The notes under the pieces are model-generated. The model saw only the letters and a list, made by a program, of their open reading frames with translations, searched no databases and was not told the origin of the DNA. From Orbicella franksi (lineage: Eukaryota), in assembly GCA_964199315.1 (NCBI GenBank), contig OZ116711.1:5704001-5768000 (forward strand): 64,000 nt of DNA, given 5' to 3'. The stretch's first letter is position 1; each line of letters opens with the position of its first letter. The position numbers and the translations under genes are program-made. Shown here piece after piece: positions 1 to 13,147 of the stretch.

Positions 1-167
1 AGCTGCGTTTTCAAATTTCTCCGGGGTGGTGTGCACGGGGCCTTGGTTTATCATGATTATCACTCTTTTGTACCCCTCAATATTTATGTTGCTTTGCAAA
101 GCGTTGTAACTATTAAATGTTTCGGTACCCTTGCCGATGAACATTTGTCAATTTTGTTTTCTTACAG

Positions 168-3100
168 GAAGAAGAAATCCTCGACTTATTAGAGCAATGT
201 GAAGCTGATGAGAATATTACGTTTGACAGATCTGGAAACCGGCCAATGAGTAAAGGACCTAAGGTAAGAAAACTGTTTTATATATCAGATGTGACAAGGA
301 AAAAAACTACAGAGACAGAGTGAAAGAAGGCAGGCATTTAGGGCTGGGCTGTTCGAAAGCTGGTTAACGCTAACCCAAGATTAAACGTTAACCGAAGCGT
401 TAATTTTTCTTGTGTAAAACTGAAGTGTTTTTACTGCATGTGTTTTGGGTAGATTGAAATGATTTAAACTCAAAAGAGAAGGACAAACAATATATACTGA
501 CAACGTTACCGAAAAGATACAAAATTAAGATCAAAATTCTCGCTGATCTTGGGTTAGCTTGATCGGGTTTTGAACAACCCGACCCAGTTTTACAAATCTG
601 TATTGTTAATAGATTGAAGTTTAGGCAAACACATATGACACAGAGCACGCAGGCTACACAATCCACAATACACAATACATCTCCAATATACTTTTGAGGA
701 ATATTAAAACTCTTAAAACCCCCGCCAATTCAGACACAGTGATACAAAAGAGATACCGTGATTTGAAAAACACCATTTTCATTGACGATTCAGAATGTCA
801 CCTTCTGTTCCTTCGAAACCGCGAACTGTCGAAAAGGTGCGGTTACTTTGCATTTTAAGGAAATAGTTTAACATCTGTATAAGGGGAATTTCTCTCTTCA
901 GCTCTCGTGTCAAAATACAAGTTCTCCGTACTGATCGGCTATATTTTCTCATAGTATCCCTTAAGAGAATTTACCCAATTCTTTGTTTTTCTGACCTATC
1001 TGCTTAATTAACTTATTTGTCGCTCGTTGGGATAAAAGGTTAATCTGTTTTTGATTTTGCTTGTTTATTTTCTAGCCCTTGTCATCTATGCCAAGCGCAA
1101 AATCCACCGCCAGTAAAGTGGATTCTTCATCTTCGTCTTCTTCCGTTTCTTCAAACCCACAGCAAATGTTACCAAGATCTCCATCATCGTCGTCATTACG
1201 ACCTGCGTCTGCCCAAAAGACGCCAATCTCCACCAATCACGGCTTCATACTACCACGCTCCTTCACGCAGAGAATCGTGACGTCATCATCGTCTCCGCCA
1301 ATGAAATTCAATCCTGTAGTAGTGAGTAACTCGCTAATGCTCGGCCAAATGGACGCAATGATTTCAACGCAACCTATTGTAAAAAACTGCTGCCCTGCAA
1401 CGAGTTTCACCGTTTTGCCACTCTGATACACCACCCACATCTTTTTTCAAATGTTGTGTCCGTTTCGCGGAACACGCCGTGTTACGATATCCCTGGTGGA
1501 GGGGGGGGGGGGGGGTATTCCCAGGAAAATGAGGTGGGTTGTACGGCGAGTTTGTCGAAACCTCATTTCAGACCAAAATTTAAGATTTCCCTTCCCAAAC
1601 CAAAATTCGAAGGTTAATATCGGACCCGACCCTTCTAATATATATACCCACCAAACATACCTAATTCAAGACCAGAGTGCAAAAACCATACTCTGTTTCA
1701 AACCAAAACGACTAAAAACCCATACCCTTTGGCGCCGCCCATGCCTATTTTTACAATGACTACAGAAATTCTCGCGCGCTCGTTGGGTTATTTGTATTGT
1801 CAATAAGCGGCGGACACATGAATTTATAAGTTATGCCTTTTTGTTATTGCAAAAAAGCGTCAAAAATTTGTCCTAAGGTGTTGAAAAGGTCTGGCGGGCC
1901 AATCAGTAATCAGTACTTGATGCTCTTTAATTTGTAGGAAATTTTCAAGTCTATGTTCTGATTCTTTGTTTTGAAATACATTATAGTTGAAAAGACGGAC
2001 CTATTACATAAAACTGTCTTTCACTCCCACGAAAGGACGTTACTGGCAAGAGAGATTACCTGCATGAGGGCCCATATTACAGCCGCCAAGGATACTGACA
2101 TGCCCTTATTTAAATATTTTCTTTTCCTAAGGACGCGGCTTTCTTGGACGCTGCCGTGCGAGAGAGAGAAGAAGAACTTAGTCGGCGAACACTACAAGCT
2201 TTGCTTGACATGAGGATAAAATTTCCTGGGAAAACAGACGAAGAAGCAGAAGTCATTTTAGAAAGCGTAAGTGTTGGACATTTTGCTGGATATTATATTT
2301 TTTTCTTTTTCGAGTTTGGGAAAATCGCGGGACAAGTTTATTCTCGAAGAGGGCTTATAAAATGCGGAATTGTTGCTCAGCGTTGTTTTTTCCTGTTTCT
2401 TTCAGATTCAAGATAACTGGAAGTTTCATAAGCCAAGAGTGGCTTCATATTGGTTGGTGAAGCTTGACTCGATAAAGCGGAGAAAGGCAAGAAAAACTGT
2501 CGCTTTGCTTTATTATAGCTTTTGATTAATACCCAACAGCAAAGCTTTGTTGCTGTCTGGGATAATTCTTGTGAAACGTGCTGTCTCCATTGAGCGCAAC
2601 GCTGTTTATTTGTAACTGAAGCGTTCGAGGAGTGTTTTATCCTATAAAAAAATCAACGCGCGTATTCGCATATGCGCTGAAAGTTCTGTCGTCCACATTG
2701 CGTCACAGAATTACGTCATGTTACTTAGCACTGTCTGGCGAAAACCACGGACTTGCTCAATCCTCCAATACAGGATTATGTGTGGGAAATACATAATGGT
2801 TAGCAGGGGCCGTTAAAGAACCCACGCACTTATCGCAAAGCCAGTGGGGCACGGAGTTCACGGTGTTGTGGTCTGACCTTGTCTCACGGATTGGTGATTC
2901 ACATAGGGTTAAGCTCATTACGCTTTTCCCCTTTAGACAGAATTGTACAAGAAAAATTGCTAAACAAGTGAATACATGAAATATCATTTATTTGAACTGC
3001 CGGGAAAGATATGAAGACATGATTGATCATCGCAGTTATACACACAACTTAAGCAGTTGTAATATTAAAGCACTGCATCGGTATGGCAGAGTTCATGGGT

Positions 3101-5036
3101 TCGAATCCCGTTCAAGTCTGAATTTTTCTTCAGGATTTAATTTCACAACTGCTTAAGGTTGTGTGTATAACTGCGATGATCAATCGTGTCTTCAAAAAAT
3201 TGCTATATTAAATACCAGAGCATGTCAACCTTTTGGCTGTTGTTATGTCCAGTGACGCTTTTAACAAACTTCACATAATAGAGAGAACGCATTGTTTGAG
3301 ATTGTACTATTTTCTCTTGCAGGTTGTGGATATCGTGCGAACAAACGTTCGCGCCATTTTACAGCGCGTGTGGCGAGCATCTGAAGTAGATAACTTGCGT
3401 CTTTGCCGGGTTTTCTCAAGAGTGTTCAACAGATTGTTATGGAGTCATGGACAGGGATTATGGAATTGCTTTTCAAACTTGGGGTAAGTAACCCTGAGAA
3501 TTATGTATACGCAAAACAAATCAAGTGTCTCTTGACAGCCAATTAATAGCCGACTTTTCTGAGTTCTAAAAGGTGATTTCTTTGCTGCAATGCTAAACAC
3601 GTTAACTTAACAAATTGACTGTGGTTTAGCGTTGTCTGTACTCTTATCGACAATGGACTCACTCGGCTGCTCCTCGTGAGTCCACGACTTTTGCCCACTG
3701 TGATGACGCATATCGTTGTCGATAAGAGTACAGACCAAGAGCGTGGCAAATTGACGCGAGCAGCGTTGTCTGGGCTCTTATCGACAACGGCAAATTAGCC
3801 AATCCGATTGCGAGATTAGTAACAATTGTGGTAACCCACCAATGTGGCGCAGGTTCGATTCCGGCCCGGTGCCATATGTGGGTTGAGTTTGCTGTTGGTT
3901 ATCGCCTGCTCAGAGGGTTTTTCTCCGGGTTCTCTTGTTTTCCTCCCCCTGCAAAAACCAATATTTCCAAATTCCAATTCGACCAGGATAGAGGACCCGC
4001 TGACGGGGCTTTCTCTCTAAATATTGTAATTTATTTAACATATTTTATTTCGTTTTCATTTCGTAGAAATTCGTGGGAGACAATATTCAGCAAGAGTACG
4101 GAGGTTATATCTATGGTAATATAACTATGTTTAAATTGTCAACGTTTGTATACATTTACTCTCCTCACTGATTCACATACATTTGTCTTCAAGTTAGTTA
4201 TGAGAATTCGCTTGTACATCAAGACAATATCCCCTTGCTGATGATTTTCCATATTCTTATCACCTGTCTGATTGTATTGATCTTGTAAGGAGAAATTAGC
4301 TGTTGAATACTTGTCTTTTATCTTCTGAGTTACAAGACCGAAGAAAATCGTCAGTGTCTTGGGTTGGATCTCAAACGTTGACTCGTCCCCAGCTCCCACC
4401 AGTTCATGGCTCCTCTGCCTTGCGATTTGTCTTATGAGAGACGACTGGGAACGAATCTGTGCCAAAAGCGGCCATTAACTGGCACAGAAAGACATCGAGT
4501 GATTCAATTATATATCGTATCAGCAGGACAATTTTTGAAATCCAAAAAAGAAAGTAATAGAATGGAAATGTCAAAGAGAAACCTACGTACAGAGCGAGAA
4601 TCTTTTATATAAAGCCTTCTAAATGATTAGGTCAGTTTTTTTTTAAGAATTGAACACTTTTAGAGCAGTCTTACAGCCCCAAAGATGGTTGGCAGATCGT
4701 TACAGGCACTATAAAGATTGCGTTATGTCGCTTAACAACGTCAATGTTGGCATCTACGAACCGAGTCTGATTTTGACCGAACATCGTGCTTATTTTCCGA
4801 CTATGTATTGATTTGTTTTGTTCGATGGTTTGCAGACAGAGATGAGCTGCTGTCGTCGGATCGTCCAGCTGTGTCGTGATTGTTTACTGATTGTGTATCA
4901 GTTTGCCGCTGACGCTAAAGCTGCAGGCGCTGCCTCGGTTGTGACTCAAGGGACGACACCTCAGGAATTGGACATGAGGTCAGTGACAAACCCTTTGCTT
5001 AGACCCGTGTTCAGTAATGACAATGCTTATAATTGA
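168..5036 (+). CDS. TTLL7: Tubulin polyglutamylase TTLL7, 3' portion (5' exons outside window; last exon uncertain)
   Basis: Phase-consistent exons 168-263, 1076-1321, 2132-2266, 2406-2486 (GC donor), 3323-3483, 4067-4115, 4836-(4978 donor or 5036 stop). Translation LDMRIKFPGKTDEEAEVILES-IQDNWKFHKPRVASYWLVKLDSIKRRK-VVDIVRTNVRAILQRVW...RVFNRLLWSHGQGLWNCF...SWETIFSKSTEV...CCRRIVQLCRDCLLIVYQFA matches the vertebrate TTLL7 C-terminal region as I recall it (not searched). Confidence 0.88.
341..587. mobile_element. MITE with terminal inverted repeats
   Basis: Left end gggctgttcgaaagc...aacccaagat; right end atcttgggtt...tttgaacaacccgaccc; non-coding, intronic. Confidence 0.65.
1497..1760. mobile_element. 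Non-autonomous DNA-element fragment with poly-G end
   Basis: Poly-G start and '...aaaccatac...cccttggcgccgcccatgccta' end, similar in style to 32800-33215, 51953-52230 and 63697-64000. Confidence 0.45.
3012..3194. mobile_element. Palindromic element with a tRNA-like (B-box) core
   Basis: About 50-bp inverted arms (tgaagaca.gattgatcatcgcagttatacacacaac / gttgtgtgtataactgcgatgatcaatc.tgtcttca) around gggttcgaatccc. Confidence 0.7.
3826..4030 (+). mobile_element. tRNA-derived SINE
   Basis: B-box ggttcgattcc, conserved-type core gggtttttctccgggttctc..ttttcctccc, AT-rich tail. Confidence 0.65.
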
Positions 5037-7359
5037 TGGTAATTCAAACGAATTTACCTTTTGGAGTTTAAAGCCGACTCGAGGAGTCGTTGTTTAGCTC
5101 CAGTTCCGGTAGTCTAATGCGGTCAAGAGTATTTCTACCCCGCCCTCCTACAACTTCCTGAAAGGAATGATAGTATATCACAGGTTAGCATTTTCCGCAA
5201 GGTTAGTCGAACCAAGCCCTCTCGTTCCTGACCCAACACTTAAACCATTAGCCTACTGCTACTGCTGCGCATGCCACAATTTCAACTACACACGGAATGA
5301 GACTAAAATTCTGTAAGCATTAATTTTAATGCCCTCTATAGAATCACGTATCAAAGAGTTTTTTAAAGAGCCGGGGTCTTTCCTTTTAATTTTTTCTTGT
5401 GATATTCGTAAAAGCGAACTAAAGGGTTTCGTCTTCAAATTCGTAGGCATACGGATGTTATACATAGGACCCCAGACCTTACCTCACAGCAAACTCTAAC
5501 AGCGAGGATGGCCAAATATTACAAAACGTCCCAGCTGACACAAGGGCACTTATGAGAAGGGGCCGGGTAATGATGGAGCTCTTTACCCAGGACTCAGGGA
5601 GATGCGTGACAAAAGCCCTGACAGAAAGTACCTCCTGAGATGAGCCAGATAATGGACGAATTATGTACGTGGAACTCAAGAACCAGCTGAAGATTTTAAG
5701 ATATTTAATGATGTATTTGTTTTTTAGATATATTTATGGATTTTTTTCAGTCCTAAACCGCGTACATACAGAACAAACCTTTATATTTTTTTTTGCTTTA
5801 TCTTTACCAAGAGGTCTTCCTCGTAGTAAGAGGAGTCGTGGGTAACGTGATCGAAATCCTGCAATCGGATTGGTTAAACGCTAAATCGTCCCCTCTTACT
5901 ACTCTCCTCTTCTGTTCCCGTATGTCCGACGTTGTACAGCGGAACCATGATAGAACATTATACGCGTAGCTATTTATCAACTAGAAGCTGATGAAGGCAA
6001 ATTGGCCGTCCTAGCGAGTTTGAGAAACGTGACGTGTCGAGTATTAACACATTGCTCTGACTACTTCACAATAATAATTTACCGTTGTCAGCAGCTTCAA
6101 GTCGTTCAATAGCTAAGTGTTTCAGTTTCCTGACGCCAATGCAGCCCAGCAGTTTCTTTAGAAACTAACATCTTTTCCCCGTATAACTTATGATATTCTT
6201 CAGCTCGGTCAAAGCTACAGGAAAATGTATGGAACAAAATACTGGTATGATGAACCCCTGTTGTAAAAACTCATTTTTCCAGGTTCTTGTTTCTCTCCGT
6301 TATATCAAGGCTCCACAGTAATTTCCTTGAAATCATTGCAAGCAGTCGGCTGGTTTCCTGTCTGCAAGAATTGAGCCTGTGATATTCACAGATGCGGCTT
6401 CTTGAAAAGATGTCACTGGGCCCGTTGGTCTGTTACCACGCGATCGACTTGTTCACATCGATCAGGCGATCGAAGTTTTTCTTTCAGTCCCGTCAAACGA
6501 CCTGTTGCACTGCTTCAATAGAAGTAGTAATTGGCCAATGGTCAATATTTGAAAAAAAGTCCTAACCAAAATTAATTTGTTGCATTTGTATCGAATGTTG
6601 CCTCTTGAGCAGGCGTTACCTTGGCTTGTCAAGCCATCTTTAGTCTCCAACGAGAAGAGATTGCGTGTTACCCCCCCGAAAAATGAAGATAAAAATGAAT
6701 CCTTCTGTACATAAATGAAGAATTTGAGATAGATATATAGAAATGATTATAAATATTGTACATATTTATTGCTTGAAAATATATTGAAAAATAAATGAGA
6801 TGTCGATTATACTCTTAGTTTCTCCTTTTATCGTTTTTGACCTATACGTAAAGGCTGAAGGGGGTGGGGTGGGGACGGAGGCAAGAGTCCCAGCTAAGTT
6901 GATCAGTGAGTAGCACATCGCAGACTGGCTTGTGACATTTACCTGATCCAAAACATTTTTATTTTCTTCGCTTCCGCTTTGGTCATTCAGTTGAAGATAA
7001 AAAAATGAAATACTTTATTCCCAGAGACTGTGATCTACATCATAGTCTCTTGCTTATTGTTATACTACGAGTAGTCCTTCTTTCGCTTAGTCCGTCGTGC
7101 GTGACGCGAAAGAAAACCGCGAGAAAAAAATGGCCGCGCGAAATCCTGGAGGTGAGGAGCGCACTCCTCACCCCCGCAAACCTGCACTCTTGTTTCTATA
7201 ACTCGATTCAACACAGACAAAAAGTTTACCATTTCTTGTAAGAAACACTCCGAGAAAAAGAAAGGAGAATCAATCGCTTATTTCCATTCTCAAACAGTAA
7301 CTTCTCCGTTCACGATAACATTACATCATCATCTCGTCTTATCAGTTTACAGTTGTTCG

Positions 7360-7495
7360 GTAGGTCATGGGTTCGATTCCTGTTCAGTTGGGGGCTCAGA
7401 TTTTTTCTTTGTCCCACGTTCGTGTCATATTGATCAAAGCACCTTTCACATTTCCTTACCGAACTTAAAATTCACCATCATTATTCACTTTTCAG
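7360..7495 (+). mobile_element. tRNA-related SINE-like repeat fragment
   Basis: B-box gggttcgattcc followed by a repeat-like body; no complete cloverleaf. Confidence 0.4.
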
Positions 7496-8105
7496 TTTTT
7501 GGTTAGTTTGTTTCTTGGACACACACTCGATTCGGATCTTGTTTTCCGTACTGTTCTGTTTGCGTTACTTTCCGCCGACAGGGAAATTCGGCAGTATTAC
7601 GATCGTAATTTGAAAAAGTTATGACGCGTGCTGCCCGATTTTGTAATTTTTGTAAAAAATTAAATATTGTATAGTCCTGAAGGAAATACCGTGTCTAAAT
7701 AAAGATTTTACCTTTACCTTACCTTAATTCAGGAATTTCCAAAGCGGGGGGGGGGGGGGGGAGGGGGGAAGGGGGAGGTGTTTGGTACCTTGCAGCTGCA
7801 AAATCAATGGCATGCTCCCAGAATTGGAACCTAACTCAAAACCGTTTCACTAGAAATACTAGTAATGTCACAAAGTGGAAATTACGATGAGGTACCTGTC
7901 CAGAGAGTTTGCCTTTATTTTTATTATAATATTCACAACATTTTCCTAATTTCTTATGTTTTGCTTCTCCAAAAGGGGGGTGGCTAAACACCCATTTCAG
8001 CCCACACCCCCACTCCCACCCCCTAAATCCGCCCCTGGCCAGTTGAAGCTGTCAAAGAAATCCAATAAACCTTACGTATAATTACTTAATAGGCAAAACT
8101 ATGGT

Positions 8106-8379
8106 TTACTGCGCCTTTCAATAACATGCGGACTCTAAAATTCAAAGCTCAACCGACGAATGCGTTTTTTGCTACCGTCAATCAAATGTTCGGCGGCTCC
8201 TCCCAGCTTTCGTCTATGTTATCTGAACTGTGCTCAACGATTTGATTTGATTACCGCGCGCTCGGCAGTAGTCGGAAGCCGGGAGGAGCCACCGAACATT
8301 TGATTGACGGTAGCGAAAAACGCATTTGTCGGTTGAGCTTTGAATTTTAGAATCCGCATGATATTGAAAGGCGCAGTAA
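8106..8379. mobile_element. MITE with about 105-bp inverted arms
   Basis: ttactgcgcctttcaata.catgcgga.tctaaaattcaaagctcaaccgac...cggcggctcctccc is mirrored at 8272-8379; TA-flanked. Confidence 0.85.
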
Positions 8380-10544
8380 TTGACCTCATAACATTTATCT
8401 TGCCCGTCGTTCAAGCGTGGACGCATGGTGCAAAGAAACCTTTTCTACTTGGGTGCAAACGTGACCTACTTAAGTCCCCACTCGAAGTTGTTGATATGTT
8501 TTCGATTAGTAAATACGAGCGCAACCTCAAACCAGTCGTTCCTCTGTCTAAGGATTTGAGAAATGTGGTGTTGGAGGCGTGCTTACATGAATCGTAAGTG
8601 AAGCGTATTCAACACCCTTCACACTTCAACTGGTTAGCGGCGAAACATACGGTACCATGTTTGCACCCAATTAGAACGTGTTTTTTCGTCACGTGTCCTC
8701 GTCTAGACGGAAAATGACTCAGCGTTCTACACTTCAGTGGAGTAAATCTCACTTGCGTCGTAGAATAAACAGAGTACTGGAGACAACAATCATTTATTTC
8801 TAAGTTCTTTCCAAGTCTCGGGACGATTGACAACGAGAAGTGGACAAGAGGTTGCTAGGGAGCTCAAAAGTGAGTTTAATCATTTTAAGTTCTGAATAAG
8901 AAGACATTGTAAGAAGCGAGGTCATTCATGAAGACGGATCGACACTGTTTTGATCAAACCCGAACTCTAGACAAACTGAGGGCGAGAATAGTCTCAGAAC
9001 GAACATTACTTGTTCCAAGGGGCTGGGTCGCTTAAATAGCTGTAGGTACGCGGCAAATAGAAATTTCTCTACTAAATATAACGTATTCAGCTTAAAACGA
9101 TAACAACTACTGAGGGAATTCAATACTTCGAACTTCGGTCACAATCGCGACATTCCCGGCGGCTGCAGCCTGCTTCAGTGAGTAATCATGAGGCATTTAG
9201 ATATCTGGCTGACATCGCCCGTGAAGGCAACACTACCTACAGCACGGCATTGCATGTTCTTGAAGTTATCATCCTCTCTACAGTGCTAGCAAACAAAGTT
9301 TGGTATTTCTTTTGAGCTTGACGTTTACACTTTTCTACGAAAGCCGGAAGTGTTGTTTGGAGGTCATTGATTATGCTCACTTGGTTAAACTGAAGGGAGC
9401 TTCAGTAGTATTCAACTCCATCCCATTTCTTGGTATTGCTAAATTTCATAATGATCGGAACATACCAACACTTCATTTTCAACAAAGAATACTTTGGCTC
9501 AAAATCAAAAGAATCCGTCGAGCGTTGACTTTCCATGAGCGATCACGGTGTGTTCCCAACAATGGTTGAAGTTCTAATAATGCGTAAAATACCGTTCCAC
9601 AAAAAGCAAAATTTGGATTTCGGGGTGGAAGTTTTGGAAACTTTCGTTGCACACATCTCGCAAGTTGAACATTCTCTCGCCTCCACTTTCTGGAGAGTCA
9701 GAAATATAATATCTTAATTTTGTCTCTTTCTAAAGCTATGCGTTTTCAAGTTTGTCATAGATATAAATATCATTTCCTATGTTATTCTGAATAGCGTAAC
9801 TGATACATAGCTTAAATGATTCATTAAATAAAACCCAGGTGAAAGAAATGAATCGTGCGAGTTAACAAATCAAATTTTCGGTTAATGAGCAACAGCAGAG
9901 ATATTCAGTCCTCGAAGGAAAGAATTTCATTTTGAAGAAGTGCTAATATTGTTACAAAAGTGTCCAGATGTAGCGTTTATTTATATGCAAAACAGACCAT
10001 TCAGACAGACGAGGTCAAACTGCATGGCACACTGAGCTTAGGTTTGCGGTTTGTTTGACGTGTGCTTTGTGCCTGCACTGACGTGTGGGCGCGCAGACTA
10101 AATAAACGGCCATGGAAGCATTTTAGGGCATCTTAAATCTAAATAATGTAACTCTTCGCCTCAGTTTGTTGATTTAAACCAGTTTTTTTTTGGAATGATT
10201 TCCTAGGAGCGTCTTGGATCCATTGAGTTACTTCTTTAGCCCAAAGTGATTATTTTCAACCATATTATAAAATTTGAGTTCCAATAGGGTCGTAGAGGGT
10301 TTGATACAAGTTGTAATTTTTTTCCAGTTTTAGTAGCACTCGGCGAACTTGAAAGCGCGCGCAAAGAGGCTGTAACCTACCTAATTGGAGCTCTTGGTTT
10401 AAAACCGCGAGTCATTACTTAGCTTAATTCTTCGGCAATTTCGTTCCTGCTCCAAAGTCAAGTGTACTCTTCGCACGGTGTCCTGACTGCCTGACTGATT
10501 ATTTCCTAATTTTTCTTTCAATCACGGATATTCTCTTATTGGCT

Positions 10545-10810
10545 ACGTTACTCACTATCTATTCTGTTGTAGATAGTGTATCGCCTAGGAGTATGCGCTT
10601 GTTAACAAAATTAGTGGTGGCCGCTTCTTTGCGTTTTCTAAGTGTCCGTGAAGAGGATTTAGATAAAGTTTTGAACGACTAGTAGATTTATTTTAAAACA
10701 ATTAGACTATTCGCTCTCGATTTCTATGCGTGATAGTTGACTCGGGCTGCACCCTCGTCAGTCAACTATCACGCCATAGAAATCTTGAGATATAGTCTAA
10801 TTGTCGATTA
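10545..10810. mobile_element. Dispersed hairpin-ended repeat; reverse-complement copy at about 44530-44800 and partial at 45060-45150
   Basis: ctcgatttctatgcgtgatagttgac...gtcaactatcacgc..tagaaatc and gaacgactagt.gattta shared in opposite orientation. Confidence 0.7.
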
Positions 10811-10936
10811 AACCTACCGAGAAGCAGTCGTTTTATACTTTGTGTAGTAAAGGGGTTTATTTAATTTTTATTTTACAGGAGTGATTAAGAGATTCAGCAA
10901 AGACCAGTGCAGCGAATCGCGAGAAAATTATTCGTC

Positions 10937-12210
10937 ATGAATGAAGAACGTGAGGTAAATATTATAATGATAGATGCGTAGTTGTTTTGTTCTCTTTTCT
11001 TTCCGGCAAAACCTAAACAGGGATGAAACAAACTCTCTCATTCTATTTGAAATAGACTTTGAAGGTATCTCCTTTGGCAGACGAATGGGGTTCATCAAAA
11101 GGAGGTATTTCTACACTGAACAGGGAACTTTGCATAGGGCTGGCTCAGCAACCAAACGTGGTAGTGACCCTCGTAGTATCAACATACGACGAAACGGAGA
11201 AGCAAGCAGCTCTAAAGGAACATAAAGTACATCTTGCCGCACCGGATTTTGAGCTACCTGGGTATGATTCCGTCGCCAAGTTAGCCTTTCCGCCTGGTGA
11301 TCTCGCTATTGACGTCGTCATAGGCCACGGTAGGAAGCTAGGACCACCAGCGAACGTCGTAGCAAAACAAAGGAGGTGCAAAAGAGTTCACATTGTGCAT
11401 ACAGCAAGCGAACAAATCGCAATGTATAAAAACACAGACCAAGCGATAGCTGACGGCGATCGCAAGCACCAAATAGAAGTAGACCTGAGCAAAACGGCTG
11501 ATGTCGTTGTAGGCATTGGACCAAAACTCACTGAAAATATCAAGGTCAGTCTTCGTGCGCACAGGAAAGATGGAGACGTGTTAGACCTCACGCCTGGTAT
11601 TTTCAGCGAATTTAGTGAGCTACAGCAAGCCAGCGCGGATGGAAAATCGTTTTATACGTTGGTATTTGGTCGTGGTGACTATGAAGATTTTGAGCTAAAG
11701 GGCTACGACATTGCTGCCAAAGCCGTGGCTGGTTTGAAAGACAAGACTTACCAACTTGTGTTTGTCGGCGCGCCAGAAGGAAAGGAAGAAGAAGTGAAAG
11801 AAAACTTACTCAAATGTGGTATTTCCCCGACCCAGCTAACGGTCCGCGGATTTCGCGAAAGTCGAGAGAAGTTGGGCGAACAGTTCAGTCAGGCAGATCT
11901 CGCCATCATGCCCTCCAGGACGGAGGGATTTGGCCTCGCTGCGCTCGAAGCTCTTTCTGCCGGCCTTCCAATCCTTGTAAGTGATAACTCAGGTCTTGGA
12001 ATAGCTTTAGCTGAGATCCCGTCTGGAACAGCTTCTGTGGTGTACTCCGACGAACCCAGGAAATGGGGTGAAGCTATCGAGCTCATCAGAAAGAAACCAA
12101 GGGCGATCCGACTGAAAGAAGCCAGCAACTTGCGGTCAAGCTATGATCAGAGATTCAAATGGCAAGAGCAATGTGCCGCTCTGGTGGAGAAGATACGGGA
12201 TGTCATGTAG
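10937..12210 (+). CDS. Stand-alone GT4/GT-B glycosyltransferase (Glycos_transf_1-like), about 390 aa
   Basis: ATG at 10937 (MNEERE, exon to 10954, gtaaat donor) splices in phase 0 to the acceptor at 11056 and an open exon to TAG at 12210. It has an N-terminal 'DEWGSSKGGISTLNREL' loop and the GT4 E-x7-E motif 'PSRTEGFGLAALEALSAGLPIL'. Confidence 0.9.
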
Positions 12211-12647
12211 GCTATGCTGGGATTGGACTAAAACTGAGACTACATGACTGTTTAAAGGAACTCAGTCACGGCATTTTTAGTTGTTTTTGCCACTCACAAA
12301 ATTACCTTGATATTAAAGGAAACCTGAAAATGGTAGTTCACTAAGATAGAAAAACCGGCACCAATGAGATAATAATAAACCATAAAGGAACAAGGATGGT
12401 TAAGGATGGAAACGATTAACACGGATTACAAACAGCGAACTTAGCGAATTTAGGCTAAACTTTTTAAGATGTGCAAATCGTGACGAAGCTCCTTTAAGAC
12501 CATTTATGGCTTATGATGACGTTATGTCTTGTTCAGTTTGTCCTTGGTGTTCCCGAGTTTAACTCCTCGGTAACGTTTGTAAATAGCCAACTGCCTTACG
12601 TGCCTTCTGCTAGTTGGGATTTTTAACGATTTCGTGTTACAGTTACA

Positions 12648-12905
12648 GCAGTCAGCGGGCCGAGTGGTTAAGGCGCCGAACTTGAAATCCAGAGGTCTCA
12701 GGTTCAAGTCTCCCTTTGATCACTAAGCTGGAGTTGTTTCTTGGGAGACCCTAGTTTAACTCCTCGGCCACGCTTGTAGATAGGCAACTGGTATATGCCT
12801 CCTGCTAGTTAGGATTTTTAACCTTGTTATGTTCATTTGTAATATTTGTTTCACTGTTTGTTTCCATTGGCTCTGAGAAGCGCAATGGGAGAGTGGCAAA
12901 TTACG
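12648..12905 (+). mobile_element. tRNA-derived SINE (partial same-strand copy at 12522-12625)
   Basis: A-box ggccgagtggttaaggcg, B-box ggttcaagtc, body tttaactcctcgg...ctgctagtt.ggatttttaac duplicated just upstream. Confidence 0.75.
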
Positions 12906-13147
12906 ATATATAATTTTATCTAGTTGAATCTCCACCCGGAAAGTACATGCAACTGAAATGTTATAATCGTGATTGACAGTAAGAGTCTATGATCATAGTC
13001 TCTTGGAGACAGTAACTACTCAAAATTTGTTTCAAACGAAGCATTGAAATTGTTACAACCTCAGTAAGCGCTTGTATCTGTTAGAGTACATTTTATCATT
13101 TTTACCACTATTTCTAAGCTTATATGGTTGCTTATTAAACAAATAAA

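Noticed and set aside
1322-1426. ORF 1079-1426 as a terminal exon with stop
   Set aside because: A GTA|gtgagt donor at 1321/1322 joins in phase to the next TTLL7 exon at 2132; the remainder is intron read-through.
5498-5640. Further TTLL7 terminal exon
   Set aside because: An acceptor and open frame exist, but there is no recognisable homology, and read-through to the stop at 5036 is equally possible.
12648-12720. Functional tRNA gene
   Set aside because: A and B boxes are present, but there is no clean acceptor stem and it continues into a SINE body that is duplicated nearby.
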